Assembly: GCA_963637565.1 (NCBI GenBank)
Contig: CAVHNT010000055.1
Location: forward strand, 1-59,315
Source of the DNA: a bacterium
Lineage (GTDB): Bacteria; Bacillota; Clostridia; TANB77; UBA1234
Length of the DNA: 59,315 bases
Direction: 5' to 3'
Within the stretch, counting starts at the first letter, position 1; the number at the start of each line of letters is the position of its first letter. Both the position numbers and the translations under genes were made by a program. The notes below the pieces were generated by a model, which had not been told where the DNA came from, made no database searches, and saw only the letters and a list, made by a program, of their open reading frames with translations. Shown here piece by piece: positions 43,005 to 54,700 of the stretch.

Positions 43005-44420
43005 ATGGCTGAAACAAAAACTGTTGGTCAAAAGCTTAAAGACAGGCTTTTATGTAATGATAAAAATGGCTGGGAAGAAGCTACAGAAACTGAAAAAAAA
43101 GCTATTATTAAGTTTTGTGATGGATATATTAAATTTTTAAATACATGCAAAACAGAAAGAGAATGTGTAAGAGAAGCAATTACACTTGCTGAGAAAAAAG
43201 GATTTAAATCACTTGATAAATTTAAAACTTTAAAAACAGGTGATAAAGTATATTTCATAAACCGCGATAAAAATATATTTTTAGCTGTGATTGGTTCTAA
43301 TCCTATTGCAGATGGATTTAATGTTGTTGGTGCACATATTGATTCACCACGTTTGGATTTAAAACCAAATCCGCTTTATGAAGATACAAATTTTGCTTAT
43401 TTAAAAACGCATTATTATGGTGGAATAAAAAAATATCAATGGGTTACAATTCCTCTTGCTATACATGGTGTTGTGGCATTGAAAGATGGAACAAATGTGG
43501 AAGTTTGCGTTGGTGAAGAAGGTGATGATACAACTTTTGTTATTACCGACTTACTTCCTCACATGGCAAGAAAACAAATGGAAAAGAAACTTTCAGAAGG
43601 TATTGAAGGAGAAGATTTGAATCTTTTAATTGGAAGTATTCCTTTTGACGACGATAAAGTTAATGAAAAAGTTAAGCTTAACATTATGAAAATATTAAAT
43701 GAAAAATATGGAATCGTTGAAAAAGACTTTATAAGTGCAGAATTAGAAATCGTTCCTGCTTTTAGAGCTAATAGTATTGGTTTTGACAGAAGTATGGTTG
43801 GTGGATATGGCCAAGATGATAGAGTATGTGCATACACTTCTTTACAAGCTATTTTAGAAACTGAAAAACCAGAAAAAACTGCTATATGCTTACTTGTTGA
43901 TAAAGAAGAAATAGGAAGTATTGGTAATACTGGTATGGAATCTAGAATGTTTGAAACATTCTTAGGAGAATTGTTACGTCTTCATAAAGAAGATACAGAC
44001 ATGAATGTTATGAATAGGTGTCTTGCATTATCTAGAATGTTATCTGCTGATGTTGATGGGGCTTTTGATCCTATTTATGCTAGTGCTTCTGAAAAGAGAA
44101 ACGCATCTTTCTTTGGCATGGGTGTTGGACTAAATAAATATACTGGTGCTCGTGGAAAATCTGGTGCAAATGATGCAAATGCAGAATACGTTGCAAGCCT
44201 TAGAAAATTATTTGATGATAACAAAGTTAGATTTCAAATTAGTGAACTTGGTAAAGTTGATGAAGGTGGCGGCGGAACAATCGCCTATATCCTTGCTAAT
44301 AAAGGACTAAATGTTATAGATTGTGGAACTCCTGTACTTTCAATGCATTCACCATACGAAGTTTCAAGTAAGTTTGATGTTTATATGTCATATAGAGCTT
44401 ACAAAGTATTCTTTGAATAA
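43005..44420 (+). CDS. M18-family aminopeptidase (aminopeptidase 1-like)
   Basis: 471 aa. VVGAHIDSPRLDLKPNPLYE, YGQDDRVCAY, VDKEEIGS, LSMHSPYE. Confidence 0.88.
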   Translation: MAETKTVGQKLKDRLLCNDKNGWEEATETEKKAIIKFCDGYIKFLNTCKTERECVREAITLAEKKGFKSLDKFKTLKTGDKVYFINRDKNIFLAVIGSNPIADGFNVVGAHIDSPRLDLKPNPLYEDTNFAYLKTHYYGGIKKYQWVTIPLAIHGVVALKDGTNVEVCVGEEGDDTTFVITDLLPHMARKQMEKKLSEGIEGEDLNLLIGSIPFDDDKVNEKVKLNIMKILNEKYGIVEKDFISAELEIVPAFRANSIGFDRSMVGGYGQDDRVCAYTSLQAILETEKPEKTAICLLVDKEEIGSIGNTGMESRMFETFLGELLRLHKEDTDMNVMNRCLALSRMLSADVDGAFDPIYASASEKRNASFFGMGVGLNKYTGARGKSGANDANAEYVASLRKLFDDNKVRFQISELGKVDEGGGGTIAYILANKGLNVIDCGTPVLSMHSPYEVSSKFDVYMSYRAYKVFFE

Positions 44421-44463
44421 TACAAAAGTTTTTATTTAACAAATTTACAAATATTTTATCAAT

Positions 44464-44497
44464 AAAAAGGGTAGAAATAAAGTCTCTACCCTTTTTT
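44464..44497. terminator. Bidirectional terminator between the aminopeptidase and transketolase genes
   Basis: AAAAA gggtaga aataaagtc tctaccc TTTTTT. Confidence 0.7.
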
Positions 44498-44549
44498 GCC
44501 ATTTAATTTATAACTACAAATTTAGCATAAATTTTTACAATTCAATTTT

Positions 44550-45470
44550 TTAATTATTCTTTCTTATTTCTTCTTTTATAGCTTCTACATCTATTTTGTA
44601 ATGATGCATTAATTCATCCCACTTACCTGATTCACCAAATCTGTCTTTTATGCCCATTCTTGTAACTTTTGTTGGGTACTCATCACAAAGTACTTCACAA
44701 ACAGCCGTACCCAGTCCACCAATTATGCTGTGATCTTCTACAGTTATTATTTTTTTAGTTTCTTTTGCGGCTTTTATTATAATTTCTCTATCTATTGGCT
44801 TTATAGTATACATGTCTATTACTCTAACATTTATACCTTCACCAATCAAATCTCTCTGTGCTATTAATGCTTCTGCAACGGTTACTCCTGTCGCAATTAT
44901 TGCTGCATCTGTTCCATCACCATGCTGAATCGCTTTTCCAAACTCAAATTCAAAGCCATCACCATATATTTCTCCAGTTGCAGGTCTTGTAAGTCTTATA
45001 TACATCGGTCCTTCTTTTTTTATTGCTTCTTCTATTATCCATTTGGTTTGTCTATCATCTGAAGGTGAAAGTACAGTCATATTAGGCAAACTTCTCATTA
45101 AACTAATATCTTCTAATGCCTGATGTGTAGCTCCGTCTTCTCCAACCGTTATACCTGCATGTGTTGCTCCAATTTTTACATTTAAATTTCCATAGCATAT
45201 TGTATTTCTAACTTGATCATAAGCCCTGCCAGATGCAAATACTGCAAATGTACTTGCAAAAGGTATTTTTCCACCTAGTGCAAGTCCTGCTGCTGTTCCC
45301 ATCATGTCTTGTTCTGCAATTCCCATATCAAAAAATCTTTCTGGAAATTTATTTTTAAATAAAGATGTCTTTGTTGCACTAGCCAAATCCGCATCTAACA
45401 CAACTAAGTCTTTATATTTTTCTCCTAACGTTGCTAATGCTTCTCCATAACTTTCTCTTGTCGCTTTCAT
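44550..45470 (-). CDS. Transketolase, C-terminal (pyrimidine-binding) subunit
   Basis: 306 aa. FFDMGIAEQDMMGTAAGLA, FASGRAYDQVR, EDGATHQ. Confidence 0.92.
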   Translation of the reverse strand: MKATRESYGEALATLGEKYKDLVVLDADLASATKTSLFKNKFPERFFDMGIAEQDMMGTAAGLALGGKIPFASTFAVFASGRAYDQVRNTICYGNLNVKIGATHAGITVGEDGATHQALEDISLMRSLPNMTVLSPSDDRQTKWIIEEAIKKEGPMYIRLTRPATGEIYGDGFEFEFGKAIQHGDGTDAAIIATGVTVAEALIAQRDLIGEGINVRVIDMYTIKPIDREIIIKAAKETKKIITVEDHSIIGGLGTAVCEVLCDEYPTKVTRMGIKDRFGESGKWDELMHHYKIDVEAIKEEIRKNN

Positions 45471-45472
45471 TG

Positions 45473-46243
45473 CTAGTCCACCTCCAATTCTTCCATTGCT
45501 CTTTTGTATTCTTCATCATTAGGTGCCTTACCATGCCAAGAAACATTGTTTTCCATAAATGAAACACCTTTTCCTTTTATAGTGTTTGCAATTATCATTA
45601 TTGGTTTGTCCTGTTTTTTAGCATTTTCGACAGCTGAAATTATTTCTTTGAAATTATGTCCATCTATTTCTTGAACATACCAACCAAAGGATTCAAATTT
45701 TTCTTTTACTGGAGCCACTTTCATTACTTCATCATTACTACCATCTATTTGCAATTTATTATAATCTAGAAACGCTATAACATTATTTAATTTATAATGA
45801 CTTGAAGACATTGCAGCTTCCCATACCTGACCTTCCTCTATTTCTCCATCACCAAGGATGCAATAAACGTAATTTTCTTTTTTATCCAATTTAAACGATA
45901 ATGCTATCCCATTTGCAATAGATAGCCCCTGTCCAAGTGAACCGCTTGGTGCATCAACACCTGGAATTTTGTGAAGTGATGGATGCCCTTGTAATCTACT
46001 TTCTAATTTTCTAAATGTTTTTAATTCTTCTCTTTCAAAGAATTTTTTTTCAGCCAACACAGCGTATAATGCTGCTGAAGCATGACCTTTTGATAAAATA
46101 ACTTTGTCTCCTTCATTTATTAGCTTGAAATAAATTGCCACTAATATATCTGTACAAGATAACGCACCTCCTGGATGACCTGATTGTGCATTATATATTT
46201 CAAATATAATATCTTTTCTAACTTGTCTTGCAATTTCTTCCAT
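45473..46243 (-). CDS. Transketolase, N-terminal (TPP-binding) subunit
   Basis: 256 aa. [39 protein letters not shown]. Confidence 0.92.
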   Translation of the reverse strand: MEEIARQVRKDIIFEIYNAQSGHPGGALSCTDILVAIYFKLINEGDKVILSKGHASAALYAVLAEKKFFEREELKTFRKLESRLQGHPSLHKIPGVDAPSGSLGQGLSIANGIALSFKLDKKENYVYCILGDGEIEEGQVWEAAMSSSHYKLNNVIAFLDYNKLQIDGSNDEVMKVAPVKEKFESFGWYVQEIDGHNFKEIISAVENAKKQDKPIMIIANTIKGKGVSFMENNVSWHGKAPNDEEYKRAMEELEVD

Positions 46244-46305
46244 GACAACCTCCTTTACAATTCTATAATTTTACTTAAATTTCATTAATCATCTTTTATA
46301 TTGTT

Positions 46306-46334
46306 ATTTTATTTTTAATATTTTAACTTGTCAA
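46306..46334 (-). promoter_or_regulatory. Candidate promoter of the transketolase operon
   Basis: Minus strand TTGACA (46329-46334), 17 nt, TAAAAT (46306-46311). Confidence 0.35.
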
Positions 46335-46457
46335 CATTCAAAAAATGCACGGTAATATATCTTATTCCATATTAAATTTTTTATTGGCACAATATACTAT
46401 TATATAGGGCTATATACAAATATAAATTGCAACTATCAAAAAACTAAATAATAGTTT

Positions 46458-47219
46458 TTAATCTATACTTTTTTCGATTTCCTCAATATATTTTTTTATC
46501 CCATTTACTATACCTTCTGTTAATTTTTTTTGATATTCCTCACTTTGTAAAAGTATTTTTTCTTCTGGGTTTGATATAAATCCACATTCAACAATAACTG
46601 TTGGTATTTTTGATTTTTCTATTAATTTTATATTTTCAATCTTTAAAGCTGTTCGTTTATTATCTGTTTTTACAACCTCTTTTATTCCATCTTGAATTGC
46701 TTCAGCTAGTTTTTTTCCATTTTCTGAATTTTTATTATAAAAAGTCTGCCATCCCCTGCAATCAGGTCCACTATATTTATTCATATGTATAGAAATCAAA
46801 AAATCTGCATCACTTTCATTTGCAATTTTTATTCTATTATTTATGTCTGATATTTTCATTTCTCTTATTTTATTTTGTTTATCTGCATCAGCAATATTTT
46901 GTTCATTTTCTCTTGTCATTATAACTTCCATGCCATCATCAATTAAAAATTCCTCTAATTTTTGTGCAATTTGGAGATTTAAAGTCGATTCTTTTACCCC
47001 GTCTGACGTTACTGCTCCTCCATCTGGCTCCCCATGTCCTGCATCAACAATTATCTTATAATTCTTTTTATTTACTTCTAAAGTAGTATTACTAAACACT
47101 TTTTCTATTTTTTTCGAATATTCATTCTCACTTTGTTTAACACTCACAAATATACTAAGCAAGCACATCAACGCAACACTTAAAGCAAAATAAATATCTT
47201 TTTTTCCAATAACCCACAT
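46458..47219 (-). CDS. cwlD: Germination-specific N-acetylmuramoyl-L-alanine amidase CwlD
   Basis: IIVDAGHGEPDGGAV...ESTLNLQIAQKL...MTRE...FLISIHMN. Start set to MWVIGKK (the GGGGGG RBS lies inside the track's TTG-started extension to 47240). Confidence 0.85.
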   Translation of the reverse strand: MWVIGKKDIYFALSVALMCLLSIFVSVKQSENEYSKKIEKVFSNTTLEVNKKNYKIIVDAGHGEPDGGAVTSDGVKESTLNLQIAQKLEEFLIDDGMEVIMTRENEQNIADADKQNKIREMKISDINNRIKIANESDADFLISIHMNKYSGPDCRGWQTFYNKNSENGKKLAEAIQDGIKEVVKTDNKRTALKIENIKLIEKSKIPTVIVECGFISNPEEKILLQSEEYQKKLTEGIVNGIKKYIEEIEKSID

Positions 47220-47479
47220 ACACATCCCCCCATAAAACAATGTATATGAATATATTTGCTTAATATTACTTAAAATATATACATTATAATTTTTAATATG
47301 GATTAGTTCTTTATATGATTTTAGAATAAATTTTGATTGTATCTAATATTAATTATTATTGTAAACTTTTATAATAATTATTTAATATATACTTGTTTTT
47401 ATTATAAAAACGTGTTAATATTAGTTAACCTGAATTTTTTTATGTTTTCTAACCAACTGTTAGAAAAGGAGGAAGCATA

Positions 47480-48142
47480 ATGGAACTTAAACAAAAACTT
47501 CAGAACGTTGTTGACTTTTACCTCTCCTCTGTAACTCTGAAGAATTGTGAGAGATCTGGTTGGAAACAATGGCAAATCACTAGAGATGGCAGAGTAGAGT
47601 CTATTGCTGAACACATATATGGTGCTCAACAACTTGCCATTGCAATGTACTCTGAATTCGACATTCCTATTGACATTCAAAAAGTTCTTACAATGCTTGC
47701 AATTCATGAAACTGAAGAAATTGAGATTGGCGATATTACCTGCTGCGATGGTATTTCTCCAGAAGAAAAACTTAAAATGGGGATTGTGGCTGTAGACGAC
47801 GTATACAAAAATTTGCAAAAAAAATCTAAGTTTATTCGTTTGATTGATGAATTTAATGCTGGCGAAACGTTGGAAGCTAAGTTTGCCTATTGCTGTGACA
47901 AAATGGAATGTGACTTAATGGTAAAAATGTATTCTGACGATAAAAGACTTTCAATCCAAAATGCTGTTCCGCATGTTGCAAATGATAAATATGTGAAAAA
48001 GTACATTGCTGCTGGTGCACAAACAGTTGCTGATGTTTTTCATGTAAATGATAAAGAAAAATTTAATGAAATTCCAGAATTTATGGAATTATTTAAATTT
48101 ATCATTAGTGAACGAGCTAAGGAAATTTGCGAAGATATCTAA
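47480..48142 (+). CDS. HD-domain phosphohydrolase (YfbR-like 5'-deoxynucleotidase family)
   Basis: 220 aa. ERSGWKQW..., ESIAEHIYGAQQLA, LAIHETEEIEIGDIT. AAGGAGG RBS. Confidence 0.8.
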   Translation: MELKQKLQNVVDFYLSSVTLKNCERSGWKQWQITRDGRVESIAEHIYGAQQLAIAMYSEFDIPIDIQKVLTMLAIHETEEIEIGDITCCDGISPEEKLKMGIVAVDDVYKNLQKKSKFIRLIDEFNAGETLEAKFAYCCDKMECDLMVKMYSDDKRLSIQNAVPHVANDKYVKKYIAAGAQTVADVFHVNDKEKFNEIPEFMELFKFIISERAKEICEDI

Positions 48143-48165
48143 TTTTCCAAAATCCTTTCGAACTT

Positions 48166-48198
48166 TAAAAAGGTACGCTTTTAAAAGCGTACCTTTTT
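48166..48198. terminator. Bidirectional terminator between the HD gene and pgm
   Basis: AAAAAggtacgc ttttaaaa gcgtaccTTTTT. Confidence 0.75.
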
Positions 48199-48218
48199 AA
48201 TTAATAAAATTTGTTTTT

Positions 48219-49583
48219 TTATCTATGTTTTTCAATTAAACCTTTAATTTTTTCTAAGATTTCATTTGCTTCTGCAAGTGTTTTTGCTTCAGCTTTTATA
48301 GTTAGATTTGGCCCTGTGTTAGAAGCTCTTACAAGTCCCCAACCAGTTCCAATAATAGCTCTAGCACCATCTATATCAATTACTTTATAACCCTCTGAGA
48401 TTAAATCATTCTTTACATCTTCAACAATTCTAAGTTTTGTATCGTCTGTAACTTTCACAATCACCTCAGGTGTGCTTTCATATTTTGGTAATCCATATGA
48501 TAATTCAGACATCTTTTTATCTGTATTAGATAAGATTCTTAACATTCTTGCACCTGCATACATAGCATCATCATATCCATAATGTTCATCATTAAAATAG
48601 ATATGTCCTGCATATTCTCCAGCAAAAACCAAGTTTTCTTTTCTTATCTCTGCTTTTATTAGTGAGCTTCCAACCTTGCAAAACTCAGGTTTTCCACCTA
48701 ATTTTTCTATTTCTTCATATAATGCCTGTGTACTTTTAACATCTAATATGGCTTTCGCACCTGGATACTTCTTTATTAAATCTCTCCAGATTACAGCCAT
48801 AAATTCATCCCCAAAAAGAATCTTTCCATTTTCATCAAAACATATTACTCTATCAGCATCTCCATCAAAAGCCAAACCAATATCACACTTGTTTTCAACA
48901 ACAAATTTTTCAAATTCTAACATATTTGCTTCTTGAGATGGATCTGGATGATGTATTGGAAAATCCCCATCAGATATACAGCATGTAGGTACTATCTCAA
49001 CACCTAATTTAGTGAAAATTTCTTCTGCAAATAGAGATCCTACTCCACTTCCACAATCTATTGCAACCTTTAATTTTCTATTGCCCAATTTAACTTTATT
49101 TACGATATAATTCACATAGTCTTCTCTTATATACTTTTCTATTACTCTGCCTTTTACTTCAGATGTAGCAAATTCACCTTTTTCTATAAATTTTCTTAAG
49201 TTTTGAATTTCTTCACCATATATTGAACCAGCACCTAATCCACATATCTTAAATCCATTATATTCTTTTGGATTATGACTGGCAGTTATCATTATTGAAG
49301 GTTTTATTCCAAGAAGTTCTCTTGCAAAATATGTCATAGGTGTAACACAAAATCCTATTCTAATTATATCTAATCCTGCACTTGTAACACCTTCTATTAT
49401 CGCTTTTTCTAATTCATCATATGACTTACGATTATCATGTCCAAGAATTATTTGTGTTTGTCCTTTTTCTTTCATCAATGAAGCAAAACCTTTTCCAATT
49501 AAAAGAGCTGTTTCTGCATTCACTTCTGTTGGATAAATTCCTCTGATATCATATCCTCTAAATATATTGCTTGGTACCTGCAT
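48219..49583 (-). CDS. Phosphoglucomutase/phosphomannomutase (alpha-D-phosphohexomutase)
   Basis: 454 aa. FRGYDIRG, TASHNPKEYNGFK (active-site Ser), AFDGDADR, GEYAGH. Confidence 0.9.
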   Translation of the reverse strand: MQVPSNIFRGYDIRGIYPTEVNAETALLIGKGFASLMKEKGQTQIILGHDNRKSYDELEKAIIEGVTSAGLDIIRIGFCVTPMTYFARELLGIKPSIMITASHNPKEYNGFKICGLGAGSIYGEEIQNLRKFIEKGEFATSEVKGRVIEKYIREDYVNYIVNKVKLGNRKLKVAIDCGSGVGSLFAEEIFTKLGVEIVPTCCISDGDFPIHHPDPSQEANMLEFEKFVVENKCDIGLAFDGDADRVICFDENGKILFGDEFMAVIWRDLIKKYPGAKAILDVKSTQALYEEIEKLGGKPEFCKVGSSLIKAEIRKENLVFAGEYAGHIYFNDEHYGYDDAMYAGARMLRILSNTDKKMSELSYGLPKYESTPEVIVKVTDDTKLRIVEDVKNDLISEGYKVIDIDGARAIIGTGWGLVRASNTGPNLTIKAEAKTLAEANEILEKIKGLIEKHR

Positions 49584-49694
49584 TTTTTCCTCCTTTGTTT
49601 CTAAGTAACATTTATTCTATATTTTTTGCTTTATATAAAAATACTATACGTTATTTTTTCACAAAAGTGTTGGACTTGTCCTACACTTCTTAAC

Positions 49695-49703
49695 TTATCC
49701 ACA
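49695..49703 (+). promoter_or_regulatory. Isolated perfect DnaA box (TTATCCACA) just downstream of gyrB
   Basis: Exact 9-mer in the gyrB-pgm spacer, 8 nt beyond the gyrB stop. Confidence 0.5.
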
Positions 49704-49710
49704 TTGTATC

Positions 49711-51654
<1,944 letters not shown>

Positions 51655-51659
51655 TTACT

Positions 51660-51896
51660 TTATATATTTTTTTCTAGTCTTTTTCTTAAAGTAAATATTG
51701 ATATATTAGAAAAAATCTCCTTTTGCTCTTTACCCTTCTGGATAATAATCACAGATTCATCATCTTTTTTATTTCTTTCTTTTAACTTATTTATAAGCCT
51801 CAGATTTACTCTGCTTTCTTTTAAAGTTTTAACATCGATAACTGCAATTATATCATTTTTATTCAATATCTCATTATTTCCTATATGAACATACAT
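51660..51896 (-). CDS. remB: DUF370 (RemB/YaaB-like) protein
   Basis: 78 aa. MYVHIGNNEILNKNDIIAVIDVKT. Conserved recF-gyrB position. Confidence 0.8.
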   Translation of the reverse strand: MYVHIGNNEILNKNDIIAVIDVKTLKESRVNLRLINKLKERNKKDDESVIIIQKGKEQKEIFSNISIFTLRKRLEKNI

Positions 51897-51914
51897 AAAA
51901 TTTTCCCTTTCGAT

Positions 51915-52988
51915 TTATGTATCTAAACTACCATTACATATTCTATACAATTTGATGTCGTTTGTCAAACAATCAAAATTTCTTAAAATGTTTGCATCTG
52001 TACAAGTTATAAGCACTTGATAATCTTTAATTTTCTTGAAAATTAAATTCAATCTTTCTAAATCTAATTCAGAAGTTATATCATCCAAAAGTAAAATTGG
52101 ATTTTCTGAAACTTCTTCTTTTATTATCTCCATCTCCGCAAATTTCAACGCTAAAATTGCTGTTCTATGCTGTCCTTGTGATCCATACAAATTAAGTTCA
52201 ATACCATTTACCAAAAGTTCAAAATCATCTCTATGAATTCCAATTCCAGTGTATCCTCTATATAAGTCGTTGTTTAAGTTGTCACTTAAATCTTTTAAAA
52301 ACTTTTCCTTATTTACAAACCTAGTCTTATATTTTATAGAAAGATTTTCTTTGTCATTTGTTAACTTTGGTGTTATTTTTTCAATATTATTTTGAATTTT
52401 TTCTATGTATTCATCTCTATATTTAAAAATTTTTTCAGCAAAACTCGCCAACTGCTCATTCCAAATATCTATAGTTTCTGTTTTTTTAGATTTTAGCATA
52501 GCGTTTCTTTGCTCTAAAACTTTGTTATATTCACTAAGCAAATGTGCATAATTAGGTCTCAATTGACTAATCAAAATATCTAAAAATTTTCTTCTTGATG
52601 CAGGAGATTCTTTTAGAATAATTATATCATCTGGTGAAAATAGCACTATATTCATATTTCCTAAAAGTTCACTATTTTTATTTACTTTTATTCCATTTAA
52701 TTTGATAGTTTTCTTTTCCTTCTTACTTATTAGTATTTCAATATTTTTTTCTCTGCCATTTTTTTCAAAGTCTACTTTAACTTTTGCATTATCACTTTCA
52801 AAGTTAATAAGTTCAACGTCTTTGTATGTTCTAAAAGATCTACCAAAAGCACAAATATAAAGAGCTTCAAGAATATTTGTTTTTCCTTGTGCATTATTTC
52901 CATAAAAAACATTAATATTTTTATCTAATTTAATCTCTTGCGTTTCATAATTTCTAAAATTTTCTAAATATATTTTGTTTATTATCAT
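51915..52988 (-). CDS. recF: DNA replication and repair protein RecF
   Basis: 357 aa. FYGNNAQGKTNILEA Walker A. GSQGQHRT signature. LLLDDITSELD Walker B. Confidence 0.95.
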   Translation of the reverse strand: MIINKIYLENFRNYETQEIKLDKNINVFYGNNAQGKTNILEALYICAFGRSFRTYKDVELINFESDNAKVKVDFEKNGREKNIEILISKKEKKTIKLNGIKVNKNSELLGNMNIVLFSPDDIIILKESPASRRKFLDILISQLRPNYAHLLSEYNKVLEQRNAMLKSKKTETIDIWNEQLASFAEKIFKYRDEYIEKIQNNIEKITPKLTNDKENLSIKYKTRFVNKEKFLKDLSDNLNNDLYRGYTGIGIHRDDFELLVNGIELNLYGSQGQHRTAILALKFAEMEIIKEEVSENPILLLDDITSELDLERLNLIFKKIKDYQVLITCTDANILRNFDCLTNDIKLYRICNGSLDT

Positions 52989-53002
52989 AAGTACCTCAAA
53001 TA

Positions 53003-54121
53003 TTACTCTTTTAATCTAACTGGTAATACCAGATATGTAAATTTTTCTCCAATAACAGGTCTTATTACACATGGAGAAATGTTACTTCCAAAATCCAAAT
53101 AAACTTCATCATCTTCAATTGCTTTTAGAGCATCAACTAAGTATTTTGGATTAAATCCTATTTCTAGTTCTTCTCCTGTTGTCTCAACTAGCACTTCTTC
53201 TTTTGCATCACCAATTTGTGAAGTACAAGAAATAATCATACTTCCTAAGCTAACAAAAATTTTTATAGGATATTTCTTTTCTTTCTCTGAAGCTGAAATA
53301 GAAAAAATTGCAGCTCTTTCAATAGCATTTTGTAAAGCTTGTTTATTTACTTTTATTCTTGTCTTTTTTTCATTTGGTATTACACTATTATAATTTAAGA
53401 AATCTCCTTCTAATAATCTAGTAACTATTTTACAATCTTTTAATTCAAACAATGCTTGATTTTTAGATATTTCAATCTCGATAACATCATCAATATCTTG
53501 AAGATTTTTAACAATTTCATTTAAATACTTACCAGGTACAATTGCACTAAAAGTATTAACACCACTTGCCATTCTCGCTTTTCTTAAGGCCAATCTAAAG
53601 CCATCAACAGCAACAACATTTAACTCATCATCAACTACTTCTATTAAACAACCTGTAAATATTGGTCTGTTTTCTTCAACACTAACAGCAAAGATTGTTT
53701 TTTTAATCATTTCTTTTAAAGCACCTTGAGAAATTGTTATATTTTTTTCAACATCAATGTTAGGCAATGTTGGAAATTCGTCCGCATTCATTGTAGCAAG
53801 TTTATAAACAGAACCTTCACATTCTATAACTAACAAATTTTTATCATTTATATAAAATGTAATTTGTTCATTTGGTAATTTTCTTATAATATCTCCAAAC
53901 ATTTTACAATCAACAACTACTTTTCCTTCTTCTATTGTTTCTATACCATTTAATGTATACTCCATTCCAATATCTAAATCATTAGTTGTTAAAATAACAT
54001 TATTCTTCTTTACATTTAATAGTATACCTTCTAATATAGGAGTTGTTGTTCTTCCTACGGAAGTACGAATTACAGAGTTTAATCCGATTAATAATTTTTC
54101 TTTTTCACAATTAAATTTCAT
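53003..54121 (-). CDS. dnaN: DNA polymerase III beta sliding clamp
   Basis: 372 aa. MKFNCEKEKLL..., three-domain clamp, C-terminal YLVLPVRL. Confidence 0.95.
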   Translation of the reverse strand: MKFNCEKEKLLIGLNSVIRTSVGRTTTPILEGILLNVKKNNVILTTNDLDIGMEYTLNGIETIEEGKVVVDCKMFGDIIRKLPNEQITFYINDKNLLVIECEGSVYKLATMNADEFPTLPNIDVEKNITISQGALKEMIKKTIFAVSVEENRPIFTGCLIEVVDDELNVVAVDGFRLALRKARMASGVNTFSAIVPGKYLNEIVKNLQDIDDVIEIEISKNQALFELKDCKIVTRLLEGDFLNYNSVIPNEKKTRIKVNKQALQNAIERAAIFSISASEKEKKYPIKIFVSLGSMIISCTSQIGDAKEEVLVETTGEELEIGFNPKYLVDALKAIEDDEVYLDFGSNISPCVIRPVIGEKFTYLVLPVRLKE

Positions 54122-54246
54122 AATAAAACCTCAACTTTCTTTTTCTATTATATATAAAATAAAAATATTTTACATAGTAATAGTATTTTTTTATAAAAAT
54201 TTGCTGTTAAATTTTTGTTCTTTTTTTATTTAAATAAAATAAATAT

Positions 54247-54264
54247 AGTAGTAGTAGTAGTAAT
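54247..54264 (+). promoter_or_regulatory. (TAG)5-TAA trinucleotide run, a DnaA-trio-like ssDNA-binding element
   Basis: tagtagtagtagtagtaa lies between the AT-rich tract and the DnaA box at 54278-54286 (13-nt gap). 5'-TAG-3' equals the 3'-GAT-5' trio motif. Confidence 0.55.
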
Positions 54265-54545
54265 GTATGTTAGTAATGTGGAAAAACTATCAAAAGTGTT
54301 ATTCCGTAAGCGTTTATTCATGTTGATAAGTTGTTAAAATTCAACACCAATAATTCACATAGACTAACATCATTATGTGAAAAACTATTTTTCAACAATT
54401 TTTCTACATGTTTTTCACATTAATTTGTTAATATCTCTTCAATCCATTTTGTAGTATAATTTTGAATTACATTTTCAAAATTTTTACAATTGATTTAACA
54501 ATTGAAAAATAAATGAAAGAGGTTATTAACATTAATTAAGAATTT

Positions 54546-54554
54546 GTGGATAAC
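54546..54554 (-). promoter_or_regulatory. Perfect DnaA box
   Basis: TGTGGATAA on the + strand (TTATCCACA on the minus strand). Confidence 0.7.
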
Positions 54555-54700
54555 TTATTTCCGTAGGAGTTAACCTTGTTAAGCATATATCATTTTTTAC
54601 AATAATGATATAAACAATTTTATACATTTTGTTAATTTTTCTTTTTGGTATTTTTTATTTAACTTATTTTATTATTTTTTGTTACATTATAAAAATTTTT

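Larger units (their letters stand above)
54122..54700. other. oriC: oriC, dnaA-dnaN spacer part (DnaA boxes, DnaA-trio-like run, AT-rich unwinding region)
   Basis: 579-bp non-coding spacer. Perfect box TGTGGATAA at 54546-54554. 1-mismatch box TGTGGAAAA at 54278-54286. 2-mismatch boxes at 54352-54360, 54377-54385 and 54412-54420. Nearly pure A+T from ~54140 to 54246. Confidence 0.75.

Noticed and set aside
47402-47818. 138-aa minus-strand ORF overlapping the HD-hydrolase gene
   Set aside because: It overlaps a well-supported plus-strand gene with a strong RBS. It has shadow-ORF composition and no RBS.
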